This document shows positions 26,913-36,196 of a DNA stretch of 48,693 bases, one piece after another. The DNA comes from Dehalococcoidia bacterium (GTDB lineage Bacteria > Chloroflexota > Dehalococcoidia > Dehalococcoidales > RBG-16-60-22), in the NCBI GenBank assembly GCA_011174815.1, contig DUFF01000082.1, positions 1 through 48,693 on the forward strand, read 5' to 3'. The number at the start of each line of letters is the position of its first letter. Position 1 is the stretch's first letter. The notes below the pieces were generated by a model that was not told the origin of the DNA, did no database searches, and saw only the letters and a program-made list of their open reading frames with translations. A program made the translations under genes and the position numbers.

Positions 26913-27533
26913 TCAACCTTTACCCGCGGGACATACTTTCAGGCATTCGTCGCAGGGGATGAGTTGCCCGTTTCGGTCTTTCTTCATCACCTCGATTCGG
27001 GAAAGGCACCTGGAGATGTCGGCGACTCTATACGGCTCGATTATACTTACCGGACACGCCTCGAGGCATAGAGAGCAGTTGCGGCAAAACGGGCTTTCCA
27101 TCTCTTTTTGAGTTGCCTCATCCTGTGATTGAGATGGGGCATCTATTTTGATTGCAGCCAAACGAAGGCGCGGTCCATATTTGTTGTGCAGAACTAGGGA
27201 GTTTTTGCCCCGTTTGCCTATTCCAGCCTGAACGGCAAGTTCCTTGAGGTTTAATTGCCCCTGGAGAGGATAGCCGTATCTGCCGACCGGTTCAGCAGCG
27301 TAACCTCTCTCCCTGATGAAGCTGAGGGCTGATTCCAGCAAGGGAGACATGTACTTCTGGAAGCCGAAAAGTTTGATTTTATTATTTTCTAGTCCGAATT
27401 CATCAAGGTTGCGTTCTGGCTTTGACTCAAGGCCAACAATCAGCAGTTTGCCGTAGCCGGCATGCCCGGCGATTCCGACAACGTCAAATAAGGAACCGGT
27501 GAAGTCCAGTATTTCCGGTATGCTATTTCCCAT
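26913..27533 (-). CDS. Small 4Fe-4S protein related to the QueG/reductive-dehalogenase superfamily core
   Basis: AGIGKRGKNSLVLHNKYGPRLRLAAI resembles the QueG core. Cluster motifs CRNCSLCLEACP and CDECLKVCP. At 206 aa it is much shorter than QueG or RdhA. Confidence 0.55.
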   Translation of the reverse strand: MGNSIPEILDFTGSLFDVVGIAGHAGYGKLLIVGLESKPERNLDEFGLENNKIKLFGFQKYMSPLLESALSFIRERGYAAEPVGRYGYPLQGQLNLKELAVQAGIGKRGKNSLVLHNKYGPRLRLAAIKIDAPSQSQDEATQKEMESPFCRNCSLCLEACPVSIIEPYRVADISRCLSRIEVMKKDRNGQLIPCDECLKVCPAGKG

Positions 27534-27564
27534 ATTTCTCCCTTTTGGTTCAGGCCATAGGCCC

Positions 27565-28536
27565 CTATAGGTTCAGCGTCTCGGACAAGCGCAGGAGGTC
27601 AAGGTCCAGCGGCTTTTTACCGGTCACGACCTCTGACAGCGGTGTCGGTGTAATCTGACCCTTGTTCAGGCCGGCCAGCACACCGAATTTCCCTTCGGCA
27701 ATGTATCCGGTGGCGGCGGCACCGAGTCTGGTGGCGAGCAGCCGGTCGAAGGCCCCGGGGCTGCCCCCGCGCTGGACATATCCCAGGGTGGTAATTCTAA
27801 GGTCAAACCCCAGTGCTTCGTGGTGCTCTGACAGGTAGTGTTCCAGGCCGCGGGCATTGTATTTGGCACCTTCGGCAACGACGATAAGGGCATGGGCTTT
27901 GCCGCGCTCGTAGGCTGTGCGTATCGCGTTGACCACGTCTTCGGCATCGGTTTCGAACTCGGGGATGACGATGTATTCCGCGCCGCCGGTGATGCCCGTC
28001 ACCAGCGCCAGATAACCGCAGTCGCGTCCCATTACCTCCACGATGAAGGCACGGTGGTGTGAGGAGGCAGTTACCTTGAGCTGGTCTATCGCCTGAAGCG
28101 CCACATCAAGGGCGGTGTCAACTCCTATAGTGATCTCGGAGCCACAAAGGTCGTTGTCTATCGTTGAGGCCACGCCAACCACCGGAAAGCCCATCTGGTA
28201 AAGCGCATGGGCACCGGTCTGCGAGCCATTGCCACCGATGACCACAAGGGCCTCGATAGCCTGTTCCTCAAGGGTGCGAAGCGCTTTCCGCCGGCCCTGT
28301 TCGGTCTCAAATTCAGGACAGCGGGAGCTGCCGAGAATGGTGCCGCCCTGCTGGATTATGCCGCTTACATCACGGGCACCCATTAAGGTCACGTCGTTGT
28401 TAACGAGACCGGAGTAGCCGTGCTGAATACCGATAACCTCCCACCCTTTGTTGATGCCGGTACGTACCACAGCGCGGATGGCAGCGTTCATACCGGGAGC
28501 ATCGCCGCCGCTGGTCAAAACGCCAATCCGTTTCAT
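27565..28536 (-). CDS. pfkA: ATP-dependent 6-phosphofructokinase
   Basis: MKRIGVLTSGGDAPGMNAAIRAVVR, IGGNGS, STIDNDL, EVMGRDCGYLAL and LGYVQRGG. Confidence 0.92.
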   Translation of the reverse strand: MKRIGVLTSGGDAPGMNAAIRAVVRTGINKGWEVIGIQHGYSGLVNNDVTLMGARDVSGIIQQGGTILGSSRCPEFETEQGRRKALRTLEEQAIEALVVIGGNGSQTGAHALYQMGFPVVGVASTIDNDLCGSEITIGVDTALDVALQAIDQLKVTASSHHRAFIVEVMGRDCGYLALVTGITGGAEYIVIPEFETDAEDVVNAIRTAYERGKAHALIVVAEGAKYNARGLEHYLSEHHEALGFDLRITTLGYVQRGGSPGAFDRLLATRLGAAATGYIAEGKFGVLAGLNKGQITPTPLSEVVTGKKPLDLDLLRLSETLNL

Positions 28537-28628
28537 TTCTCCTCCTTGGCCATTGCCGCAATCAAGTGCGGGTTATTTAAGTTTAGGCAAAAAGCTGGTG
28601 TTTTGCAATGCTATCGGAGGGTGGACGT

Positions 28629-28658
28629 TTGCCAAGCACAGAGACAGGCGTATATAAT
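28629..28658 (+). promoter_or_regulatory. Sigma70-like promoter for the LRR gene
   Basis: TTGCCA-N18-TATAAT, 22 nt upstream of the ATG at 28681; AGGTGGA RBS. Confidence 0.4.
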
Positions 28659-28680
28659 CGTTTCTCAGGTGGAAATGTAA

Positions 28681-29553
28681 ATGACCAAGCGTATCAAATG
28701 CCTGTTACTGCTTTTAGCCCTCGTAATTATTATGGCTCTGGTTATCTATATCCTGTCCGCAGTAACTTTTACCGACCCGAATTTCGAGGCTACGGTACGG
28801 GAAGGCATGGAGAAACCCGGCGGCATAATATATACCTGGGACATGAAAAGGCTCGATTATTTTACTGCTTCCGCGAGGGAAATCGTCCGCATCAAGGGGC
28901 TGGAACACTGCACCAACCTGCGAGGGCTGATTCTCTGGAATAACCGGATAACCGATATTTCCCCACTGGCTTCACTGACCAAACTGGAGAGGCTCTATAT
29001 AGGCAAAAACCTTATCGCCGATATCTCGCCGCTTGCCCCTCTCACCCGGCTCACCGAACTGAACCTCGGCATTAACCGGCTTCAGGATGTATCCCCGCTA
29101 TCGGCGATGACTAACCTCGTCTGGCTTGACCTGTGGAACAACCGGATAACAGATATTTCGCCTCTTGCCTCTCTCACCGGACTCAAAATGCTCTATCTCA
29201 GCAGCAATCAGATGAGCGACATATCTCCGCTGGCCTCCCTTACCAATCTCACCAAGCTCTATCTGGGCGACAATGAAATAAGTGATATCTCAACGTTAGC
29301 TTCACTGACGAAGATAAGATGGCTGCGACTCCAGGGCAATGAGATTACTGACCTTTCACCATTGAGGACTCTGTCAGACCTCGAAGAGCTGTGGTTGCAG
29401 GATAACCAGATAAGCGATATCTCACCCCTCATCGAAAATGAAGGGCTGGCTGCGGGAGACAAGGTTCATCTGGAGAACAATCCGCTGGATGAGCGGTCCG
29501 TCAGCGATTTTATCCCGCAGCTTCAAAAAAGAGGCGTGGCCGTAACCTGGTGA
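28681..29553 (+). CDS. Membrane-anchored leucine-rich repeat (internalin-like, 22-residue LRR) protein
   Basis: N-terminal hydrophobic anchor CLLLLLALVIIMALVIYIL, then 8 full and 1 partial repeats of the LxxLxxLxxLxLxxNxIxDIxP type. Confidence 0.85.
   Translation: MTKRIKCLLLLLALVIIMALVIYILSAVTFTDPNFEATVREGMEKPGGIIYTWDMKRLDYFTASAREIVRIKGLEHCTNLRGLILWNNRITDISPLASLTKLERLYIGKNLIADISPLAPLTRLTELNLGINRLQDVSPLSAMTNLVWLDLWNNRITDISPLASLTGLKMLYLSSNQMSDISPLASLTNLTKLYLGDNEISDISTLASLTKIRWLRLQGNEITDLSPLRTLSDLEELWLQDNQISDISPLIENEGLAAGDKVHLENNPLDERSVSDFIPQLQKRGVAVTW
28900..29427 (+). repeat. Eight tandem 66-bp coding repeats (LRR units)
   Basis: 66-nt periodicity within the ORF, for example WNNRITDISPLASLT encoded twice (from about 28936 and about 29133) with diverged codons. 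Confidence 0.8.
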
Positions 29554-29579
29554 TGTCCTGACGCAGAGCCAAGGGCGCC

Positions 29580-30950
29580 TTACAGCACACCAATGCCGGG
29601 ACTTAAAATATTATTGGGGTCGAAGACCTGCTTGATGCCACGCATCAGTTCCCAGATTTTTCCATCAGGGCACAGGTCCAGGTCAGCTAACCGGATAACC
29701 CCCAGGCCGTGTTCGCCGGTGATAACGCCACCGAGTTCAATCGCGTCTTGGTATACTGCCCTCTTCACCTCGCGCAATATGCCCTTTTCGGCCAGGTCCA
29801 CCATAAGGTGGGGGTGAAGGTTGCCATCGGCAGCGTGCCCGTAGGTGGGAATCTTCACATCGTAACGCTGCGCAACAGCATCTACCCGGTCCATCATCAC
29901 CCCAATGCTTGCCGGCGGCACGGTTATATCCAGCACGTCGGCCACCCTGGGTTTTAACGAACTGTATACCTCGCTTCTTATTTTGAGGATATTGGCCTGC
30001 TCCTCCCGTCTTTCTGCAATCAGAATGTCCACCGCGCCGTTCCGCTCACAGATGTCTGATACCCGCTCGCCCTGCGAGTAAACCTCATCCTCGCTATCAC
30101 CGGTGAGGATAACCATCAGGTATGCCAGCCCTTTGGTGGCTGGCCATGTCATGCTCAATCGTCTGGCCGATATTTCAATGACATCACGCTCAACGTACTC
30201 TATGGCCAGCGGGATTACTCCGCTCTGCAGTATCTGGGGAACGGTGTCAATGGCTTTATGGCGGCTGTCATACGAAATGACGAGCGTGCCGCTGCTGTTG
30301 AACTTCGGGCAGAGCCGGAAAATAACTTTAGTTATCACGCCAAGCGTGCCGTTACTGTTGATGAGCAGGTGCATCAGGTCAAGTCCCTGATTGTTTTTCA
30401 ACAATTTGCCTCCGGTGGTGATTATTTCACCGGTCGGCAGCACCGCTTCCAGCCCGCGGACAAAGTTGCGGATGACACCATATTTTACTGCCCTCGTTCC
30501 TCCCGCGTTGCAGGCGACCAGCCCGCCAACGTGTGCGCCCTCGTCACCGGGATGAGGAGGGAAGAACAGGCTAGCCTCTTCCACCGCCTTTAACATATTG
30601 CCGAAGGGCACACCAGCTTCGGCGACAACCATCAGATTGTTCCGGTCCACCTCGATAATCCGGTCCAGTCTCTCCATGGAAAGAAGAATGCCATCAGCAA
30701 TGGGCACAGCACCGCCACATATTCCGGTACCGCCGCCCCTGACGAAGACGGGCGTCTTTTCCTGATTGGCCATTTTCAGTATGGCCGAGATTTCTTCGGC
30801 GCTCGCCGGCTTTACCAGGACCACGTTATCCGCCGGCTTTGGCCGTATGGCATCAGCGGTTTCGTCAGCAAGATACCTCTCCATCTGTTCCCGCTTAGCT
30901 ACTACCCAGTCCCTGCCCACAATTTCCTGCAACTTCTCTGCAATACTCAT
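29580..30950 (-). CDS. FAD-linked oxidase, GlcD/LctD-type D-2-hydroxyacid (lactate/glycolate) dehydrogenase
   Basis: FAD-binding PCMH-type N-terminal domain (VFVRGGGTGICGG) and C-terminal GVITGEHGLGVIR. ATGA overlap with etfA. Confidence 0.85.
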   Translation of the reverse strand: MSIAEKLQEIVGRDWVVAKREQMERYLADETADAIRPKPADNVVLVKPASAEEISAILKMANQEKTPVFVRGGGTGICGGAVPIADGILLSMERLDRIIEVDRNNLMVVAEAGVPFGNMLKAVEEASLFFPPHPGDEGAHVGGLVACNAGGTRAVKYGVIRNFVRGLEAVLPTGEIITTGGKLLKNNQGLDLMHLLINSNGTLGVITKVIFRLCPKFNSSGTLVISYDSRHKAIDTVPQILQSGVIPLAIEYVERDVIEISARRLSMTWPATKGLAYLMVILTGDSEDEVYSQGERVSDICERNGAVDILIAERREEQANILKIRSEVYSSLKPRVADVLDITVPPASIGVMMDRVDAVAQRYDVKIPTYGHAADGNLHPHLMVDLAEKGILREVKRAVYQDAIELGGVITGEHGLGVIRLADLDLCPDGKIWELMRGIKQVFDPNNILSPGIGVL

Positions 30951-31927
30951 GAACGGTACCTCTTGATTTTTTCTATTAGTTTGGGGACCACTTCGTAAAG
31001 GTCGCCAACGATTCCGTAGTCGGCAATTTTGAAGATGGGAGCTGAGGGGTCGGTATTTATGGCGATGATAACATCCGATTCTCTCATACCGGCCAGATGC
31101 TGGACACTGCCGGAAATGCCGCAGGCAAGGTAGATTTTTGGCTTGACCGTATTGCCGCTGAACCCGACCTGATGCTCTTTGCCTATCCAGCTGCTGTCCA
31201 CTGGAGGTCGGCTGGAGCCGACGGTTGCCCCCAGAAGTCCGGCTAGGTCCGCCAGCAGGGAGAAATCCTCCGCCTTCTTCAGCCCGGCACCGCCGGAGAT
31301 TATAACCTCCGCGTCGGCAATATTGACCTCCTCTAGCCTCTCTTTTCGTGCTATGGTCAGCAGGGAAGGGACAACTTCCGCATTTTTCCTGATTATTTCT
31401 CCCTTACGATTGGTATCTCTCGGCAGGCTTTTCATGACTTTATACCTTACCGTGGCCATTTGCGGCTTGGTTTTAGTTCTGATATGAGCCAGGACATTGC
31501 CGCTGAAGGCGGGTCGAATCTGGGTGAAATTTCCGCTATGGTCAATTTCCAGGCCGGTGCAGTCTGCGGTCAACCCCGTGCCGAGTGCCGTTGCCACCCT
31601 GGCCCCCAGCGACCTTCCCCAGTGCGTTGCCCCCAGAAGGAGTATCTCCGGCTTCACTTCTCTTACCAGCTTGACCACGTTGTGCTTGTAGTTCAACAGA
31701 TCCAGGTCACGAAAGATGGCATGGTCGTACAGGTAAACTCTGTCCGCACCATGATAGATGAGCTCCATGGCCGTGTCAGCCATCTCGTGGCCAATCAAAA
31801 GACTGGAAAGGTCTCCGCCCAATCTATCGGCCATTTCTCTCCCTTTACCCAGCAGTTCATACGATATTGAATTTATTTCGCCTTCCCGTTGCTCGGCGAA
31901 AACCATGACCTCTTGGTTCGACTTCAC
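30947..31927 (-). CDS. etfA: Electron transfer flavoprotein alpha subunit
   Basis: VISGGAGLK, SSRPPVDSSWIGKEHQVGFSGNTVKPKIYLACGISGSVQHLAGM and IIAINTDPSAPIF. No N-terminal ferredoxin domain. Confidence 0.9.
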   Translation of the reverse strand: MKSNQEVMVFAEQREGEINSISYELLGKGREMADRLGGDLSSLLIGHEMADTAMELIYHGADRVYLYDHAIFRDLDLLNYKHNVVKLVREVKPEILLLGATHWGRSLGARVATALGTGLTADCTGLEIDHSGNFTQIRPAFSGNVLAHIRTKTKPQMATVRYKVMKSLPRDTNRKGEIIRKNAEVVPSLLTIARKERLEEVNIADAEVIISGGAGLKKAEDFSLLADLAGLLGATVGSSRPPVDSSWIGKEHQVGFSGNTVKPKIYLACGISGSVQHLAGMRESDVIIAINTDPSAPIFKIADYGIVGDLYEVVPKLIEKIKRYRS

Positions 31928-31951
31928 AACGCATCTCCCGCACCGGGTTTT

Positions 31952-32740
31952 TCAGTTCAGGTGGCGGAGTAAATCTTCGGCAATCTCGGCGATTGCTTCC
32001 TCGGCCGCATTTCGGAAAATCTTGCCTTTCCGGTTTTCCTCAGAAGGGATGATAACCCGGTGCACTCTGGTCGGTGACCCGCGCACGCCGCAACGGCTGA
32101 TATCGACGAAATCAGCCAGCTCTCTCGTCCCCCATACCTCCACCACGACTTGGCGCGCCTTGACTTTATCCCGGAAGCCGGGTAATCTCGGGATGTTCAG
32201 GTCCTTGGTAACGGTGAGCAGCACCGGGAAGTCAGATTCCATGGTGTAGGCGCGCCCACCCATTTCACACTGGGCGACCATCGTTTGTTCCCGTACTTCT
32301 AGGCGGGACACATAGGCGATATGCGGTATGCCCAGATGTTCGGCAATCTCCGGGCCGACCTGGCCGGTATCACCATCAACCGTTTTCTCACCGCAGATGA
32401 TGAGGTCGAATTTCCCCAGTTTCCTGATGGCGCAGGCAATGGTGTATGAAGTGGCCAGCGTATCGGCACCGGCAAATTTCCTGTCTTCAAGCAGCAGGGC
32501 GTTATCTGCTCCTCTGGCCAGCGCGTCTCTCAGCGATGATTCTGCCCGGCACGGCCCCATACTGATGACGGTGACCGTACCACCCATATTCTCCTTCATC
32601 TGGACTGAAACCTCCAGAGCATGGAGGTCAAAGGGATTTATTTCAGTGCCGGCAGAACTGCGGTCTACCCTGCCTCTCTCCACGTCAAACTTCACCTGAT
32701 TCATATCCGGCACCTGCTTGAGGGGCACGATGATTCTCAT
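31952..32740 (-). CDS. etfB: Electron transfer flavoprotein beta subunit
   Basis: MRIIVPLKQVPD, INPFDLHALE and LIICGEKTVDGDTGQVGP. Confidence 0.9.
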   Translation of the reverse strand: MRIIVPLKQVPDMNQVKFDVERGRVDRSSAGTEINPFDLHALEVSVQMKENMGGTVTVISMGPCRAESSLRDALARGADNALLLEDRKFAGADTLATSYTIACAIRKLGKFDLIICGEKTVDGDTGQVGPEIAEHLGIPHIAYVSRLEVREQTMVAQCEMGGRAYTMESDFPVLLTVTKDLNIPRLPGFRDKVKARQVVVEVWGTRELADFVDISRCGVRGSPTRVHRVIIPSEENRKGKIFRNAAEEAIAEIAEDLLRHLN

Positions 32741-32802
32741 GCCTTTACCTCCGCACTTCTCATGGCAGCTATCTGTAGGTTCAGTCTAGGAAAAATACAG
32801 CA

Positions 32803-33882
32803 CTAAAGCGAAATACGCTTTTTAAGCACCTCGAGATTAGACGGGTCGGGGTTGGCTTCACCGCGCTCTATCCTGAGTGTTAGGTCAAGGATCGCCTCAT
32901 TCATGGGTGTGGGCACACCAGCTATCCTGCCTCTTCTGACGACCTCTCCATTGAGATATTCTACTTCCGTTCGCCTCTTCTTTATGATATCCTGCAGCAG
33001 CGACGGACGCTGTGGCACCCCCACTTTCTTTTCCAGCTGGTCAGCAGGGAGGAATTGCTTGTTCCAGATTGTGGCCATCTTCTCCTTTAATTTTTGCACG
33101 GCTTCCATGGTTGTCGTTTCGTCGAACTCAGTAGATGGAACTTCCCATATCGGCTCGATGCTCACGCCTAGGGCATTACCAACCCGGGTGACCTCACCGC
33201 CAATAATGATTCTGAGCAGGTATAACGTATCCCTCTGCGCTTCGCTCAGGTAAGATAGTGATGGGCCAACAACGCCGGCTAGAGCGTTGGCCATGGAATT
33301 GATCGCCAGCTTTGCCCAGCGCGCTCCCCAGATATTGGTGGTTGCATCACTTGGGCCCACCGCATTAAGTGATGCAGCTACTTCTTTAACACGATTGGTT
33401 ATCAAGCCGGAAAGCTCGCCAACGGTAAGGCAATGTCTGTCTAAAGGGTCGTGACGGCTAACGTGCCCCGGCTCATAAATGCCAACGGCGATCATGGGTA
33501 CGCAGCCTATGGTGCGGTTGAAGCCAACCACGCTGGCCACAACTTCGTCATTTAAGGCATTCTGGGCCGATATAATGAAGCCGGTTGGTTTGAGGTATGG
33601 TTCAATCAGGTATGTGGACCAGAGAGTATCATAGGACTTGACTGACAGATAGACGATGTCCAGCGGCTCCTTTAGGTTGCACACGTCGCTCAGGTGAAGC
33701 GCTTTGGCTGGCACGGTGAACTCGCCATTGAGATCGGTCACTTTGAGGCCATCACGGCGCATTTTCTCTATGTGCGCCGCCCACTGGTCTATTAAGATAA
33801 CATCGTGGCCATCTCTTATGAGGTAGGCACCTATGGCACCACCTATTGCTCCTGCTCCCAGAATAGCGATCCTTTGGTTCAT
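32803..33882 (-). CDS. Ketopantoate reductase (PanE/ApbA)-family 2-oxoacid reductase
   Basis: N-terminal Rossmann IAILGAGAIGGAIGAYL and a C-terminal ApbA_C-like region (PSLLQDIIKKRRTEVEYLNG). Confidence 0.75.
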   Translation of the reverse strand: MNQRIAILGAGAIGGAIGAYLIRDGHDVILIDQWAAHIEKMRRDGLKVTDLNGEFTVPAKALHLSDVCNLKEPLDIVYLSVKSYDTLWSTYLIEPYLKPTGFIISAQNALNDEVVASVVGFNRTIGCVPMIAVGIYEPGHVSRHDPLDRHCLTVGELSGLITNRVKEVAASLNAVGPSDATTNIWGARWAKLAINSMANALAGVVGPSLSYLSEAQRDTLYLLRIIIGGEVTRVGNALGVSIEPIWEVPSTEFDETTTMEAVQKLKEKMATIWNKQFLPADQLEKKVGVPQRPSLLQDIIKKRRTEVEYLNGEVVRRGRIAGVPTPMNEAILDLTLRIERGEANPDPSNLEVLKKRISL

Positions 33883-34021
33883 GCATTTACCCCCTCAATA
33901 AAATTTTATTAATTGTTAGAAAGTCGGTATTATAAACAGTAGAATAGTATAGCGCAAAGGGATAAGATGAAACAAATTATCTTAATGCGAAAAATAATTT
34001 TATGAGGGAGTATAACTTGAA

Positions 34022-35188
34022 ATGAGTGAACAGAAATTGCCCTATCCATCACTGAATACGCCAGCGGTGCTCGTTGACCTGGATACACTTGAGGCAAATA
34101 TAAGCCGCATTTCCCAGCTGGCAAAGGAAGCAGGGTTAAAGCTCAGGCCGCATGTCAAGATTCATGAGAACGTGACCGTAGCCCGGAAGCAGATTGCAGC
34201 CGGTGCCTGCGGCGTGGAGGCGGGTGTTGTGGAACAGGCGGAGGCAATGGCAGAACAGGGAATAGATGACATCATCATCGCTCATCCGAGCTATTATGGT
34301 GGTCCCAAAGGGGAAATACTGAAGAAACTTCTAGGCAAGTCCGACCTGAAACTGGCCGTGGTCGTTGATATGCTGGAGCAGGCGGAAATCATATCGCAAG
34401 TGGCCCAGACCGCGGGCCGGACCGCGCCCGTGCTGATAAAGGTTGATCTGGGCAAGAGCGCTCGCTTTGGCATACCGCCGGGCAAGCCGGTTCTCAACCT
34501 TGCGACGCAACTCCGCAAGCTGCCAGGTGTTAAGTTTATCGGTATATATGCGCACGAAATGGGTGTCAAACCGACACCTGAGGGCAAGGATGAGGCAGCA
34601 TTGGAAGCAGCAGAAGTAATGACGGAAATGGCTAGGATGTTGAGAAACGAGGGCATAGAAATAGAGCATGTCTCCGTTGGCGCTTCGTCCACCTTTCCCT
34701 CAACGTGCCGTTTCCGCAAAGAAGGTAGATTCCCTGAGTTGACCGAAATTCACCCCGGGGCATTCTTTATCGGCGATATACGCTATATGAGAGCGGGTGG
34801 GAACACGCGGGAGGCATGTGCCGTTACGGTATTGACCACGGTGATAAGCGCAGCCCACGACGATTGGGCGGTTATCGATGCCGGCTATAAGACATTCGGC
34901 GGCGATACCCTTTTCGAATACCGCGACAGCCCGGATTTCTGGTGGCAGGGCAGGTTAAGTTACGGCTCGGTGCAAAGGCACCCTGACCTGTGGTTAGGGC
35001 GTATTTCCGCCGAAATCGGCTTGATATATTATAAAGAGGCCGGGAAAAAGCTGAGATTGGGCGAACGTCTGGAAATCGTGCCCAACAATGCCACCCTGAC
35101 CATCAACATACACGACCGGATATACGGCGTGAGAAACGGCGCCGTTGAAGAAATAATACCGGTAACTGGCCATGGACGTGGCAACTAG
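34022..35188 (+). CDS. PLP-dependent D-TA/DSD1-family enzyme (alanine-racemase-N fold; D-threonine aldolase / D-serine dehydratase-like)
   Basis: TPAVLVDLDTLEANI and the PLP-lysine context LRPHVKIHE; C-terminal D-TA-like domain. 4-nt convergent overlap with the kinase gene. Confidence 0.7.
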   Translation: MSEQKLPYPSLNTPAVLVDLDTLEANISRISQLAKEAGLKLRPHVKIHENVTVARKQIAAGACGVEAGVVEQAEAMAEQGIDDIIIAHPSYYGGPKGEILKKLLGKSDLKLAVVVDMLEQAEIISQVAQTAGRTAPVLIKVDLGKSARFGIPPGKPVLNLATQLRKLPGVKFIGIYAHEMGVKPTPEGKDEAALEAAEVMTEMARMLRNEGIEIEHVSVGASSTFPSTCRFRKEGRFPELTEIHPGAFFIGDIRYMRAGGNTREACAVTVLTTVISAAHDDWAVIDAGYKTFGGDTLFEYRDSPDFWWQGRLSYGSVQRHPDLWLGRISAEIGLIYYKEAGKKLRLGERLEIVPNNATLTINIHDRIYGVRNGAVEEIIPVTGHGRGN

Positions 35189-36174
35189 CGGCTTATCCTG
35201 AGGTTTCCCTTGCCGGCTATCAGTTTCTCCACCTCATCCAGGGTAAACCAGGCCAGGTCTCCGGGGCAGGAGTGCTTCAGCACAGCTCCCGCATTACCGT
35301 ATTTCAGGGAAGCCTCAATACCTTTGCCGCTAAGATAGCCATAGAGGAAACCGCCGGCGAAGGCATCGCCGCTGCCCACCCGGTCCACAACCTCAACCTC
35401 GTATTTTTGGTCTTCGTAGACTTTACCATCCGCCAGAACGATGGCCGTCCAGTTATTGCGCCACACGGTGATGTTTTCCCGCAGGGTAATGGCCACAATT
35501 TTGAAGCCAAAGGTATCAGCCAGCTTTCGGGCGACCTCTTTCCAGTCCTTGCCCTCGATCTGAAATACTCGTGCCGTATCTTCCTCCGTGGTGATCAGCA
35601 TATCAACATATTGCATCAGTGGCGATAGCCCGGCCTTAGCCTGTTCCTGACTCCATAATTTGGCCCGGTAGTTGAGGTCAAAGCTGACCAGCAGCCTCTT
35701 TTCGTGGGCCTTGCGCAGGGCTTCGCCGGTGACCTCAAGGCAGCTTGGGCTCAGGGCAGGGGTAATGCCGGTGACATGAAAGGCCCTTGTCTCGGCGAAG
35801 ATATTATCCCAGTCAACCATCCCCGGCTGTATTTTAGAGATTGCGGAATTGGCCCGGTCGTAGAGGATGGAGCTGGGGCGGGGCAGCGCCCCGAATTCGA
35901 GGAAATAGACACCGAGTCGGTCTCCGTCCGACCACAGGACGTGCGAGGTATCCACACCGTGCTCACGGGCTTTGTTCTGTACCATCCGCCCCAGTGGATT
36001 TTTCGGCAGGCGAGTAACGTATGAAGTTTTCAGACCAAGCCTCTGGAGGGTGACCATGACATTCAGCTCGGCGCCGCCTATTTTAACATCGAGGCTCGTC
36101 GCTTGCTCAAGTCTCTGGAAATCCTGGGTGGCCAGCCTCAGTTGAACCTCACCAAAGGCAACGACGTCAAACAT
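35185..36174 (-). CDS. PfkB-family sugar kinase, 2-keto-3-deoxygluconate kinase-like
   Basis: FDVVAFGEVQLRL..., GGAELNV and the C-terminal DRVGSGDAFAGGFLYG ATP/anion-hole motif. AAGGAGG RBS before the ATG at 36174; the ORF maximum of 36243 would overlap the upstream gene. Confidence 0.8.
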   Translation of the reverse strand: MFDVVAFGEVQLRLATQDFQRLEQATSLDVKIGGAELNVMVTLQRLGLKTSYVTRLPKNPLGRMVQNKAREHGVDTSHVLWSDGDRLGVYFLEFGALPRPSSILYDRANSAISKIQPGMVDWDNIFAETRAFHVTGITPALSPSCLEVTGEALRKAHEKRLLVSFDLNYRAKLWSQEQAKAGLSPLMQYVDMLITTEEDTARVFQIEGKDWKEVARKLADTFGFKIVAITLRENITVWRNNWTAIVLADGKVYEDQKYEVEVVDRVGSGDAFAGGFLYGYLSGKGIEASLKYGNAGAVLKHSCPGDLAWFTLDEVEKLIAGKGNLRISR

Positions 36175-36196
36175 AATTACCTCCTTGAATAAGCGG

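Noticed and set aside
26913-27533. A possible reductive dehalogenase (RdhA), given the QueG/RdhA-like core and FeS motifs.
   Set aside because: At 206 aa it is less than half the size of RdhA. It has no Tat signal, no adjacent rdhB-like membrane anchor and no obvious corrinoid-binding region.
28900-29490. A regular array of repeats with 66-bp periodicity that could be mistaken for a CRISPR array.
   Set aside because: The repeats lie in frame within one ORF and encode 22-residue LRR units. The units are diverged rather than identical, and there is no repeat/spacer alternation.
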